A stretch of 64,000 nt of DNA from positions 1,178,001 through 1,242,000 of the forward strand of contig VJWM01000044.1 in NCBI GenBank assembly GCA_010909165.1, read 5' to 3'. This DNA is from Anthoceros angustus (lineage: Eukaryota; Plantae; Anthocerotophyta). Shown in pieces: positions 51,396 through 64,000 of the stretch (position 1 is its first letter; every line of letters starts with the position of its first letter). The notes under the pieces were generated by a model. That model saw only the letters and a list, made by a program, of their open reading frames with translations, had not been told where the DNA came from and ran no database searches. Both the position numbers and the translations under genes were made by a program.

Positions 51396-52836
51396 CGTGG
51401 CATGCCTCCCTCACAAGCCGCGCTGACGGGAGGCAGATAGCCCAAGCACATCAGGCTAAAGACTTGCTCCACCCGCACTGAAACCGGCAGTATGGAGACG
51501 CAAATGGTAGGTCCGCCAAATAAGGCCCCCCTCCCCGCGCTTAATTCCCCTCCACCCCTCTGCTTCCCAACCTTGGGGCCTTCTGCCTTCCCCCTTCCTT
51601 TAAGCGCCTACCTAATAATTTTCACCTCACCCTCTAACTACCCTTGCTCGCTAACATATATTCTCTTAAGCTCTAACGGTGGTTAGTTTTAACACTTACA
51701 TGATCTAACTCGTACTTAGCTAGCCAAGTAAGCTATCTGGCTCTGGCTCTATTATCTGATCCTTTTTAAGAATATTTATCATAATAATATTAATTTATAA
51801 AAATATACTCCAGTTTCTTACATTTATCTATCAATCATTAACAAAACCCACTTCCTATGTACTGAAGTTGAGGGCTGAGGTAGACAACTTATGTTCGGTG
51901 GTATAATGATATAATAAAATAGATACAAGAGTCGACTTGAGATTTGCTGAAGTGTGACCGCGTACACTATTTTGATAACTTGTGTACACGATCTTCTTTG
52001 AGGTGTAAGTTTTGTATTATAAATATCAAAAACAGCTTAAGCTCCATGAAATACTGTCTCCTATGTTATCAGGTAATATCCTTTTATAGCCTTCTTAAAA
52101 TATAGTTCACTTTCATACTTTCTGTGACCTTCTGTCCTTTGTTCAACGTCAAGAGATCCTATGACTCTTTATATTACCGTCATAGTCTTCTTAAAAATAT
52201 AACTATATATGATACTTTTGGATATCTATTCTTCCTTCAACGATGTAGGGTTTCACTATCTTATTTTATGTGACTTTTGAGCGTTTTGCTAACTTTGCGA
52301 ACTACCCACCTATGTGGAGTGGAGTGTGATTGCCGAAGAATGAGAAGAAAGAAGGTTGAAACTTTTTTTTTTTGAAGTCCGCTAAGGACGGATGACTAAG
52401 GTGATATATATTATTGCGAAATATGTAACGGGGTAGCGACGCCGGCGGATACGGGGACCCGGCCGGCGGTTCGGACAAAAGAAGGAGAAGGGTTCGCGGA
52501 GGGGCGGCCCGCTGCGGCCCGCTGACCCTGGACCCTGGACCCTGACCGGCAGGGTTGCGCGCATCGCGATTCGCGATTCGCGTCTCATCAATATTCGGGT
52601 TGTGGATGAGGACAAGGTGGATCCCGGCAAGAGGCTATCTTTGCGAGGCCGGCGGCCCAATGGGAGACCTGACCGGCAGGTGCCGGTCACCCAGCTCAGC
52701 CCTAGAGCCCGTGGCCGGGATCCCTTCCCGCGCTGCCGCCTTCGAACTCGCCTCGCTTCCTCCTTGCGAAGCCTGTGCCTGCGACAGGGCGGGGACGCCG
52801 TGAGGCTCCCTCGCCTGCCGATGACAGCCGGCAGCG

Positions 52837-55800
52837 ATGGCGGCCGTGCTCTGCGACAACTGCGAGTGCGAGCCGCTGGAATGGTGCGAGGAGGCGGACG
52901 CTGGCCGCGGGGCCTTCCTGTGCCCCCGCTGGCCCGCCTACGACCAGGGGCGGGATGCGCCAGGCTGGTCGCGCCCGCCGAGTACCGGGAGCGGCATGGG
53001 GAATTGGACGGGGAGGGGGAGCAGGTGCAGGAGCAGGAGGATGGAGATGGCGAGGAGGAGGAAGCGGAAGAGGAAGAGGAGGAAGGAGGCGGTGAGGAGG
53101 CGGGGGAGGAATCGGAGAATGCGCGGGAGAGGCGGAGGGACAGGACCAAGTCGGAGAATGTGGCCGCGCTGCTGCGAGGGGACTTGGTGGTCACCAGGCA
53201 GGCTCTCCTACCCAAGGTGCTCTCGGTCGGGCCGGGCGGCGACCACGTCCGGAAGGCGTTCAAGTCGCCGTGCCCGGGGACAGGGCGCGGGGCGCCTCTG
53301 GAGCTGGCGCGGCGGCTGTGCGCGCGCAAGCGCTTCGTGCCGTGGGGCGCGCCGCGGGAGGCGTGCGCGCCCCTGGTGCTGGATCTGCCGGAGCTCCCGC
53401 CGGTGGAGGAGGCGGCGGCGCAGCCGCAGGAGCTGCCTCCGGATGTGCTGCCGCTGGTGCTGTGGGAGTCGGAGGAGGTGCAGGGGGATGGCCCTGCCAA
53501 TTCCATCGCGGTTGATCCGCATTTGGTGCGATTCCTCCGTCCGCACCAGAGGTTAGTGACTGTGAAGCTTATTCGCCTGCTGAGAGGCGCGCGTCGTGCG
53601 TTTGTGACGCGGTGCGGGGGATGGCAGGGACGGGGTGCAGTTCATGTTCGAGTGCGTCGCGGGGTTGCGGGACTTCGGCGCGGAGGACTGCTGTGGCTGC
53701 ATTCTTGCTGATGATATGGGGTGAGTTAGTGAGTTAGGGGTTATGTGAAATTGTGAAATTGTTTTGGAGGGAATGGCCTCCAATTTCATGGATGATGCAG
53801 GCTGGGGAAGACGCTGCAGTCCATCACGCTGCTCTGGACTCTGCTCTGCCAGGGCTTCGATGGATCCCCTATGGTGAACAGAGCCATCATCGTCACGCCC
53901 ACCAGTTTAGTGAGTAATTGGGAGTCTGAGATTACCAAGTGGCTGGAGAACAGGGTGAATGTGCTGGCGATGTGCGAGTCCACCAGAGCTGATGTTCTGT
54001 CTGGAATCGCTTCCTTCCTCGCCCCGCGGAATCACTGTCAGGTACTTCGGCCATACCCAGCAATGCTGCCGGGGCAACATGTTTGCGGGCTGCTTTGCCT
54101 TACATTCGATCCTTCCCCTGCTGGTCCAGGTTCTCATTATCTCTTACGAGACCTTCAGAATGCATGCCAAAAAGTTTCAAAAGGAAGGCACTTGTGACCT
54201 CCTGATCTGCGACGAGGCGCACAGGCTCAAGAATGATCGGACGCTGACAAACCAGGTAGGCCTCATTCCAGCCTCTAAACACGAACCTTTGCTCTGGCCC
54301 TCTCCCTCTCTTGCGAATATCTGCAAGTGACGTGGAATTGAGGTGCAGGCTCTTGGGGCTCTTCACTGTCGGAGGCGAGTGCTCTTATCGGGCACGCCCA
54401 TGCAGGTACAGATTCTACTTGCTGGTGTCCTATATAGGCCACGTCCCAGCCTGCACTAACATACGACACGTATGCACAGAATGATCTCGAGGAGTTCTAC
54501 GCCATGGTGAATTTTACCAATCCCGGAGTCTTGGGGGATGCAGCGGCTTTTCGTCGCTACTACGAGGTACGCATGATTACCTATACAGTCATCACCTTCC
54601 TACAGTCATCAGCCCGGAAAGGTGAAAACCTTCTGGGGTCTTCCCGAATTGTGTTGCTTCCCTGATGCCACCCTCACAAAAACTTCCAGGCTCCCATACT
54701 TCGAGGGCGTGAACCTGATGCCGAAGACAGGGTGAGGGAAATTGGCGCTGAGCGTTCCGCTGAGCTGAGTGAACTGGTCAATCAGGTAGTATGTTTGCTG
54801 GGGGCTGCCATTTCAGGAATTCACTTCTGCCGAATTACGTGCTCAGACACATAATGCGGTCGGATGGGGATTTGATCCGTGTTGACGTACGTGTGTGTTC
54901 AGTTCATTTTGCGGAGAACAAATGCCCTGCTGTCTAACCATCTGCCTCCGAAGGTACAGTCCTCACTGTGTGGTGCTTTCCCATTTTTCTTGTACATTTC
55001 TCAGTCTGATACCTTGTTTGTGTGCATTGAAGATGGTGGAGGTTGTCTGTTGCAAAATGACAGATCTCCAGACAAAGCTGTACCGCCATTTCATTCATTC
55101 CAAGAATGTATGACTTCTTAGCTTATTTTAAGTTTGGTGCTGGATGGTTCTGTTCTCAAATGGATGGTTTTTGCACCAAGTTGGTAACTGGCTTGTGGGG
55201 CAGGTTCGGCAAGCGTTGGAGGACAAGACGAAACGAGCACGTGTTCTGGCTTCGATCACAGCCCTGAAGAAACTCTGCAATCATCCCAAAGTACAGCTTC
55301 TTGCCTGTTTGTTCCAATGGTACCCAAAGTCCAGCATCTTGTCTGTATTTGCCCCAGAAGTTTACTGTCACGTTGAGCTCGTTACTGAAGTCCCGTATTG
55401 CAGCTCATTTATGACACCTTGCGAGCTGGAGGATCAGAAACAGCAGGATTTGAGGACTGCATGCAGTTCTTTCCAGAGGAAATTTTTAGCTCAAGGTGAT
55501 CATTCGGCGACCACCGTCCAGTTCAGCCTTTCGTTATTTCAACGTCGAAACGTCTACATACTCCTGGGATGTTGGAAATTCCAGGGGTGGCTGTGCTTCG
55601 TCTGGAAGCTGGATTGAACTCTCAGGGAAGATGGCCGTGCTCGCGCGACTACTGGCTAATCTCAGGCAGCACACGGATGATCGGATAGTGCTCGTCTCCA
55701 ACTACACGCAGGTGAGAGTTTCTTGATTCATTTTCTTGTTTCAGCTTTTCTGGGGACATGGCATCTTGTGCACATCGCCTCTTGTCAAGCGGTTCTGATG

Positions 55801-57684
55801 ATAGCGTTCCGTCTTGGGACCCAGACCTTGGATTTGTTTGCTCAAATATGCCAGGAACGGGGCTATCCCTATGTGCAACTGGATGGGACAACGTCCATCA
55901 ACAAGAGACAGAAGTTAGTCAAGAGGTTCAATGATCCAACACTGGTACGGATCAACTGCCACTCCCCCCTGTTTTTCCGTTGTCTCCTTTCTTCCTGGAG
56001 TCACGGCCATCTTTTATCTCAAACATCAGTATCCTCTTATAGTCTCAAAACAAACGGATTATGCAGAACGAGTTTGCATTTTTGTTGAGTAGCAAAGCTG
56101 GAGGCTGCGGGCTGAATCTGATTGGAGGCAACCGCCTGGTTCTTTTTGATCCAGATTGGAACCCTGCAAATGATAAGCAGGTATATGCGTGAACGTGTGT
56201 TTGGCTTACTCTCTTAGTTTTGGGAACTTCTCTTTTTCATGTTATTTGTACATCATTTTGATGTCTTCTGTTTTGCGTGTCGCATCAAGGCAGCAGCTCG
56301 TGTCTGGCGAGATGGCCAGAAGAAAAGGGTTTTCATATACAGGTTCTTGGCTACAGGGACTATTGAAGAAAAGGTAATGCCTCCAAGAACGGGTTCGAGT
56401 TTCTTCTCAACGAGGCATGAGTCATCTGATTTATGTCGAGCAGTTCTTTGGTGTGGTGACGCTCAATGCATGTTACTGCGATAGGTCTACGAGCGCCAAA
56501 TGTCCAAGGAAGGTCTTCAGAAGGTTGTCGACAAGGATCAGTCCAACGACGCAAAATCTCAAGTACGGTCCCATCTTGTATCCACTGTGGTGATGTGTAT
56601 TACCGGGCTTACGACTGATTTATGTTACCATTGCTTCATAATCTTTCAGGTGAATGCCCTGTCCTCAGAAGATTTGAGGGACCTCTTCAAACTTCGAGAT
56701 GACATCAGGTATGGCATGGGCATCTCTAATGTTCTGAAAATTCCCTTTCATGAGGTCTCTACCCAGTGGTGAGAGAGCCCGTTCCCAGCCTCAAAAGAGC
56801 CATGAAAATGTCTGTTGCAGATCCGACACACATGAGACGCTGAACTGTAAACGATGTAACAAAGACGTAGATCCAACTTCTTCGGGCTCTTCAGGGTCAG
56901 ACAGTACCAAGTCTGATCCAGGGGATGGGGACTCCGTAAAAGCTAAAGTTGAAGACATCGGTTCTTTCGCTAAGGTTGCAGGTTGCTTGGACACACTGCG
57001 GCCCTGGGAAAAGCAGGTTAGTGAGAAGGATGCTTAATGTCTGTTATGCCGGCCATCTCCAAATTTACAACCCTCGGCTTGAATTTTCAACCCTTACCCA
57101 CGTGCCCAACTTTGTTCTGCAGATAGGAACGCCTTCCGAGGAGGATTTGAAAAGTTGGGCTCATCACGAAAGCCCATCAACTATACCTGATACATTATTT
57201 CAAATGTCTGCGGGAAACGAGGTATGATTGACGTTATGCGGTCCCCCTTTCCTCTCCAGCTTTCCGCCTGAACGAACTCGAGCATGCCGGCCTGCAGGTA
57301 TCTTTTGCCTTCACCTGTCAGATCGACGGCAAGCTCACTCCAATCGAATCATTTGGGCCTCAAAATCCATCAGCGAAATTGGGATTAATTGCAAAGGCAC
57401 TCCCAAATCCTCCAGTGGCAAGGATTTTGCCATTAAGTAAACCTATCAAATATGCTCAGCCCCAGCACGGCCCGGGCGGCTCCCTGCTGGCTGGTGGCCT
57501 GCATCGTAGGCCTTTGAAAAGCTGGAACGCAGTGAGCTCCCCGTTGAATCCAGTCTCGAGTAATCAGCCGGAGGAGACAAAAAGCGTTGTGGTAGAGAAC
57601 AAGGAGAACTCGAATCCCGAGCTGTCGGGCAGTAAACGGGCCAAATTGTCACCACCAAGACAAGAGAACGGTTTTGCGAGCTGA
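52837..57684 (+). CDS. RAD54: SWI2/SNF2 translocase RAD54, multi-exon, one apparent frameshift in exon 1
   Basis: [87 protein letters not shown]. Confidence 0.95.
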
Positions 57685-57840
57685 ACCGGCTGTCCAACTT
57701 GACCGGGAAAAAGTGGTGAATAGACTTGAACCAAAGTGGCCGTCCAAGCTTCATATCGAGTAACACCGTATGTTCGCAAGCCTCGAGATCGTCGACAACT
57801 TCGATATCGGCACCTTCCTTTGCCAAGGCATCGTGAGATA

Positions 57841-57938
57841 CATGGCGCCAATTTCGTCTCTTCCATGTCTTGCCCTAGGCCGTATCGCGAGGTCCATGGT
57901 GCCAATTTCGTCTCTACTATGTCTTGCTCTTGGCCGTT
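57841..57938. repeat. 54-bp diverged tandem duplication
   Basis: CATGG(C/T)GCCAATTTCGTCTCT..(C/T)ATGTCTTGC..T(A/T)GGCCGT x2. Confidence 0.8.
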
Positions 57939-60157
57939 TAATGAGTCGCTAGTTTGGTGTTTTACGCTTCTAGATGTCACGCCTGAACGGTGTCAAGTGC
58001 TGCTGGCATGTTCCAGTACCGACGTTATTTTCGCCTGGGTTGAAAAGGAGGCAAGCCCACTAACACTCTCATCTTCGGTGCCTCCCACTTTTAAGTCATG
58101 CCATGTCGCAATCCCTACATCAGAACTCTGATCTTTCAAGGACTAATCAATGAGGTGCATTTGTGAAAGTACATTTGTGAAAGTGCGCGTTATCTTATCC
58201 ACAATTTTGGTTGCCAACATCTGGCAGCTTTGGTAGCGCATGGATGCCCGAATGTCTGGGTGACTACTATCGGCTCTCGCTAAGGACCCCTCTTCCTGCG
58301 AACCTCTCCCGTTGGGACCTCTGAGCTCACTCTCCCTTCAATGTGCAATTTTGTAAGTGGAAACCAATGTAATTTACTTCGAACATTTTGGTCCAAATCT
58401 TCATCACATTCACCCCTCTCTAATTAGAAAAATATTTATATTAAATTTTAAAAAATCAAAAAAATCGTGAATAGATTTATAATCCTCGATATTAAGCCAA
58501 AGATTATATATGTAGTGGTTTTACACAGTATTGTTGTATTCAAGAGATATTTCCTCATGGTAAGCTATTTTCTTGTTTAAGTTTCTCTCTTGTTACTTTA
58601 TACATTTTATTATTTAAATATTTTATTTTAAAATATTTAAAATCCCGATTGGGACACTTCTCTAGATGGGACTTGGAGTGGACTATACTTTTGATTGTGT
58701 TCAATAACAAAATGCTAACGGATGTGTACGTCTTTCTAACCGTGAACTTTCAATTTGGAGGGTACTTTAGACATGGGCTTCTTTGCTATAGTAGACATCA
58801 AATAGCGAGCTCAACTTTACTACCAACTATGAAAGAGTATGTCTTTGTTCATAAAATCAGAACAAAAACCTGATTTTTGTGGACCATATCTTCTTCTACC
58901 TTATTGTCTTTATGCCTCTATGGTTAGCACACATTGTTTGTAGCCGGTTAAAAAAAGAGACACTCCGTGATGACCAAGAGAAATCCTTTGTACAAGAAGT
59001 CGACACTAGCACAACCCTTCCTCTCTCAATTAGATTGGTAAGCAAAAAAGAAATTGAGGGAGGTATTACGAGATGAAAGGTGTTGTTGTAGTCTAGGGGT
59101 ATTCCATCTCAACCAGGTCTTTGTTTACAGTCTTAATTCCCACTTTCCTTTCTATTGTTGCAGTACTTGACGAAAGGCAAGTGAAGAAAGAATAGAAAGA
59201 AAAACTTGGCACCATACTTGTGGCGCGACTTTCGCTAATGCCACCGGCCGCACTAATCCGTGTCGTTGCGATGAAATTACATTCCCAAGGGAATGGTTTG
59301 TTCCGTTTTGCACGTGAGCGGCCCGATCCTCGCCCCGTCATCGGGAAGGATGCCGACCCTAGACCTCAACGCGATCGTTTTCACTTCCTAATTACTCCTA
59401 AGCGTCCACTGGACAGGCCTGGCGTGGCCAAACGTTTACGGACTCGTTCACGTCTGTTTCCTACCAGTCCGTCCCACGTCTTTACTAGTCCGCTTCTCCT
59501 ACCACACTCGCTGCACACATCACCAGTTGGAAATCGTGGGTGGCCTGCGTGGCCACGAACCTCCGCAATCATTCAACCAGGCCTCTCCGTCCGGGCTCTA
59601 CACGCCCTCTCGGAGTCCCTCTAGTCTCATACGCTTCGGTCCGCCCGATGCCGGTCCCCTGTTCTGGAGGAGCAAGGGTGCCCGATCATCCGCGCCTGTA
59701 CACACACACCACCACACGTTAGGGTCCGTCACCAGGACCTGGATCAGTCTCTTCGCAGTAGTCTTGCCCGCTCAATGACTCAAGACTCGCGTTAGCGAAG
59801 GACACACAAGGGTCTGCAATGATAACGCGGTATCAACCCCAAAAGAAAGATGATTCTTGGCGGCGTCGCCCTCTTATACATACGAGGCGCCTGTGCTCTC
59901 CTATTACGGTGATGTCCGACTCAGCATGCCTAACACCTCTATCTCTCCTAGCTTTTCTATCTTCATCTACGGTGAAATTTGTGGTTGCCAGATTCCTCCA
60001 CACTGGCGGCCCAATTCCCACCTGCAGCGATTCGCCGCACCCAATCGGATGATCCGCGATGCGGGGGCTCTCCCTCTTCGAGACTACTCGGGCTGCGCTC
60101 TTGGCGGCGGCACAGCATGACCACCAAGTCCTCCTCCTCGCCCTCTATTGGCGCGCT

Positions 60158-60392
60158 GGTGGGTCCCTGCCCTATGGGTCCACTCGGAACCCGTTCTGGT
60201 GGGTCCCTGCCCTATGGGTCCACTCGGAACCCATTCTGGTGGGTCCCTGCCCTATGGGTCCACTCGGAACCCATTCTGGTGGGTCCCTGCCCTATGGGTC
60301 CACTCGGAACCCGTCCGGACGCAGGAGGGGGAAGGGGTGAGTGAGGATCGTAGAGCCGGACGCAGGAGGGGGAAGGGGTGAGTGAGGATCGT
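60158..60392. repeat. 40-bp repeat x~4 followed by 41-bp-period repeat x2
   Basis: GGTGGGTCCCTGCCCTATGGGTCCACTCGGAACCC(G/A)TTCT; then CCGGACGCAGGAGGGGGAAGGGGTGAGTGAGGATCGT x2. Confidence 0.95.
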
Positions 60393-60435
60393 GGGGCGAT
60401 CCTCACTCACCCCTTCCCCTCCCGTTCAATTCAGT

Positions 60436-61122
60436 CGGTCTCGCCTCCGGAGTTCGGACCTCGGTCGGTCTCACCTCCGAGTTCGGACCTCTGTCCGGTC
60501 TTGGCTCGAGTCCGAACCTCTGTCCGGTCTTGGCTCCGAGTCCGAACCTCGGGGTCCGGTCTCGCCTCGAGTCCGAACCTCGGGGTCGGTCTCGCCTCGA
60601 GTCCGAACCTCGGGGTCCGGTCTCGCCTCGGGGTCCGGACCTCGGTCGGTCTCGCCTCCGAGTCCGAACCTCGGGGTCCGGTCTCGCCTCGAGTCCGAAC
60701 CTCGGGGTCCGGTCTCGCCTCGAGTCCGAACCTCGGGGTCCGGTCTCGCCTCCGAGTCCGAACCTCGGGGTCGGTCTCGCCTCGAGTCCGAACCTCGGGG
60801 TCGGTCTCGCCTCGGTCCGGACCTCGGGGTCCGGTCTCGCCTCGAGTCCGAACCTCGGGGTCCGGTCTCGCCTCCGGAGTCCGGACCTCGGGGTCGGTCT
60901 CACCTCCGAGTTCGGACCTCGGTCCGGTCTCGCCTCGAGTCCGAACCTCGGGGTCCGGTCTCGCCTCCGGAGTCCGGACCTCGGGGTCCGGTCTCGCCTC
61001 CGGAGTCCGGACCTCGGGGTCCGGTCTCGCCTCCGGAGTCCGAACCTCGGGGTCCGGTCTCGCCTCCGGAGTCCGGACCTCGGGGTCCGGTCTCGCCTCC
61101 GGAGTCCGGACCTCAGGGTCCG
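60436..61122. repeat. GC-rich 30-33-bp satellite, about 21 copies
   Basis: CTCGGGGTCCGGTCTCGCCTC(CG)GAGTCCG(A/G)AC variants; few stop codons, so spurious ORFs appear in several frames. Confidence 0.95.
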
Positions 61123-61772
61123 GCCTTGCTGATTCCTGGGCATCCTCACCCAGAGTCTTCTCCGGGGGTCCGGGTTCACCCAGGACCCTCTTCCCGTCCC
61201 ATCTCCCCTAGGGCTTCTTCTCCCTTGGCCCGCTAAGAAACCCCCTCTCCTTCCTCCCTTGTGGTGCGCGACGGACTTACCTCTTGTCGGGTGGTGTCCG
61301 CCGTATCCCTCTCGTCCGGGCGCTCCCCTTCCTCGTTGCTGTTCTCGTCCCCGAACAGCGCCCCTAGAGTTCCTGTGGTAGCACTATCTCCCAGGCTCTC
61401 GTCTCTCCACCCTCCTTCCGACTCTTTTGGTGGCCCTTCAATCTGCCGTGTGTGGGGCACGATCTCCACCGCCTTGAGGAGCTCCGCATGATAATATGCG
61501 AAGTCGGAGTCGACCTGCTGAATGGCCTCCTCCACATGGGCGCGGAGCACCCAATACTCACGCCTCCAGAGGTTCTCTGGCAACTGGGCGTGTCGGGTTG
61601 CCTGCTGGGCTGTCTCCGTCGCAAGGTCCTCCAGACGGAGCGTGGCTGAGTCTCTCGAGGCTGCCAACGCCGCCTCCGCCACTTCCTGGAGCCTCTGCTG
61701 CTGCTCCGCTTGCTCCTCCTCAGCTGTCTCCTGACACGGCCAACTTTCTTGGCCATGGATCGGCGTTCTCCT

Positions 61773-62974
61773 CGCCCGCAACCGAACCCGGCAACTTTTG
61801 CTCTTCCTCGAGCTCTCCTGGCCTCCATCCTTGGGAGGGCCACCATATCTCTTTCCAGGCGGTCCGGCAGCTCCGCCCGGCTCCTGGCTTCTTCCAAGTC
61901 CTTCTCCAACTCGGCGATATCCTGCTCCTTACTTCGCCGATGACTTGCCTCCACCCTCCAACAGAGCTGGAGCCGCTCTATCTCCCGCTCGTGATCCTCG
62001 ATTCTCCCTTGGAGAATCTCGTTCCGCTCCTCCGTTACGTCTCCTTCCGGCCCTCCAACTCCTGGCGCCGTTCCTCTGTATCCTGCAATTGTACCCGGAG
62101 GTCTCTTAACTCATTGATGCGGGCCTCCATCTCCTCCTCACGGATTGCCCGTGCCTGCTCCGCCGCTGCCTGCTCTGCCTTCAGGTTGCCGTGGCTGCTC
62201 CTGCCGCCATTCTCCACCGGTTTTGTGTCCCACCGGTAGTGATCCCTATTCGTCTTGGTAGAGGCCTCTACCTCCCGCGCCCCCTTCACTTAAGCCTCCT
62301 AGACTTGGTTCTACTCTTGTCAGGCTGTTTCGGCCAAGTCCTTGGCCCTCTCCGCTTGCCTGCGCGCTTCCTCCGCCTCCTCTTGGGCCGCTCCTCTCCT
62401 CGCCCGCAACCGAAGAACTTTTGCTCTTCCTCGAGCTCTCGCCCATCCTTGGGAACCATATCTTTCCAGCTGGCGGTCCGGCGGCTCGCCGGCTCACAGC
62501 TTCTTCCAAGTCCTTCTCCAACTCGGCGATATCACCTCGCGCCCATGACTTGCCTCCACCCTCCAACAGCCGAGCCGCCTATCTCCCGCTCGTGATCCTC
62601 GATTCTCCTTGAGAATCTCGTTCCTCCTCCGTTACGTCTCCTTGGCCTCCAACTCCTGGCGCCCGTTCCTCTGTATCCTGCAATTGTGAGGTCTCTTAAC
62701 TCATTGATGCGGGCCTCCATCTCCTCCTCACGGATTGCCCGTGCGCCCCCTTGGCCTCGCCAGTTGCCGTGGCGCTCCACCGCCATTCTCCACCGGTTTG
62801 TGTCCCACCTTAGTGATCCCTATTCGTCTTGGTAGAGGCCTCTACCTCCCGCGCCCCCTTCACTTAAGCCTCCTAGACTTGGTTCTACTCTTGTCAGGCT
62901 GTTTCGGCCAAGTCCTTGGCCCTCTCCGCTTGCCTGCGCGCTTCCTCCGCCTCCTCTTGGGCCGCTCCTCTCCT
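61773..62974. repeat. About 600-bp tandem duplication within the coiled-coil ORF (61773-62400 and 62401-62974)
   Basis: Both copies begin CGCCCGCAACCGAA and end GGGCCGCTCCTCTCCT; the second is about 55 nt shorter through many small deletions. Confidence 0.9.
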
Positions 62975-64000
62975 ACTGCAAAGGTCCTCTGCCCTTGCTT
63001 GCGCCTCCTAGGCGTGCTTCAGCTGTTCACATAGTTGAAGCACCCTGGCCCTGTCCTGTTGGGCGGACCTGGCCTCCGACTCCGCTGTCCGTCGCTTCTC
63101 CTCCTCGACCCTAGCGAGGGTCTCCGCCTTTCTCCTGGCCGCTTGGGCCGCCTCCGCCTGGCCCTGAAGCTCCACCATTCTCCTTCTAGTGGCTTCCACC
63201 TCTTGCATCTTCTTTGCCGTCCCGCAGAGCCCCCAAAGCATACCGTCCATGGCCAGCGGGGCTCCGCCGCGTTTCTTCTGTGGCTAGGGAGGTACCCAGT
63301 GAAGTCCGGCCGAGGGTGCGGGTATCTCCGGTCCGTTAGCTGCCATTGTCGGGAGGGAGGCCGTTGGGAACTCCGGACTGACCGGAACCCTTAGGTCCGA
63401 CTATTTTGGTCCGAGCCTCTACCTCCTTGGCACAGTTGGCGCTAGCTCCTTCTCCGCCCGCCTTGGCTTGGGGTCCCGGGAGGCGGAGGTCGGCTCGCTT
63501 TCCCCTCTTAGTCGGCGATAGGACGGGCTCGGGATGGGGTTGCTGCTAGTGTCCTCTCGCTCCCTGGGCCGCATCCCGTTCTGCCCTTCTCACCGCTTCC
63601 TCGACCTCTTGCCACTCCGTTGGTAAAGGCAGGCAGGAGCGGTCCTTGGAAATCGTGTGGTGAGGGGCGTTTTCCTCTTCTTCGCCTCCCTCCTGGTCTG
63701 CGGGGCTCGGTGGTGGGGCCGTCGTGGGTCGATCTCATTGCACAAGAACCACTAGCTCTCTTCACATCGTGGTTGCCTCGGCGCGAGGTGTTGAGCGGAG
63801 GGACTAAAAGGAGGAAGCGGAATTTCTTCCCATACTTCCACAGGTCGCTCCACCGTATGGACTCGGAATGCCTTCCCAGTCTTCATCCTCCTGGGTCCGC
63901 CTTTGGGCTTGAGTGGCGTCCTTCCGGTTCACGGGCTGGGCCTCTCACTTCGACTTAGGGGTTACCAACCTTTCACGGCGCTCTCTTCTTCTCCCTCCTT

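Larger units (their letters stand above)
59081..64000 (-). mobile_element. Probable LTR retrotransposon: putative LTR 59081-60117 plus internal region running off the window
   Basis: About 1-kb segment bounded by TG...CA, TATAAGAG on the minus strand near 59872-59880, purine tract AGAGGGCGAGGAGGAGGA just inside, then tandem arrays and a frameshifted coiled-coil ORF. No RT or integrase in the window; orientation inferred. Confidence 0.5.

Noticed and set aside
60378-61236. 200-284-aa ORFs in four frames
   Set aside because: Artefacts of a stop-poor 30-33-bp satellite.

Overview
Eukaryotic nuclear DNA from a gene-dense land plant with short introns. Compact GT-AG introns of about 80-150 nt and PLS-PPR editing factors, including a WW-type PG box, suggest a hornwort (Anthoceros-like) or another seed-free plant; this is an inference. 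I find 14 protein genes and one tRNA: three PLS-class PPR proteins that all stop just after the PG box (no DYW deaminase core), two PORR-domain paralogues, a coiled-coil alpha-amylase, an A1 aspartic protease, RPS24, SPL2-like RING E3, POLA2, MCM2, SMT2, KASII, RAD54 and tRNA-Ser(CGA). The ends carry a CRE-like non-LTR relic and a group II intron maturase fragment (left) and a probable LTR element packed with nested tandem repeats (right). Most notable: (1) a mirror block <POLA2|PORR> <PPR|MCM2> in which each S-phase gene shares a short E2F-site-bearing divergent promoter with an organellar RNA factor, and POLA2 appears to lack its N-terminal domain; (2) a roughly 38-repeat PPR with an exact 312-nt periodicity and a truncated WW-type PG box; (3) two independent tandem duplications that copied splice sites. 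Several frameshifts in GC-rich exons look like long-read homopolymer errors. No prokaryote-type system such as CRISPR is present. Exon boundaries were read by eye and are unverified.
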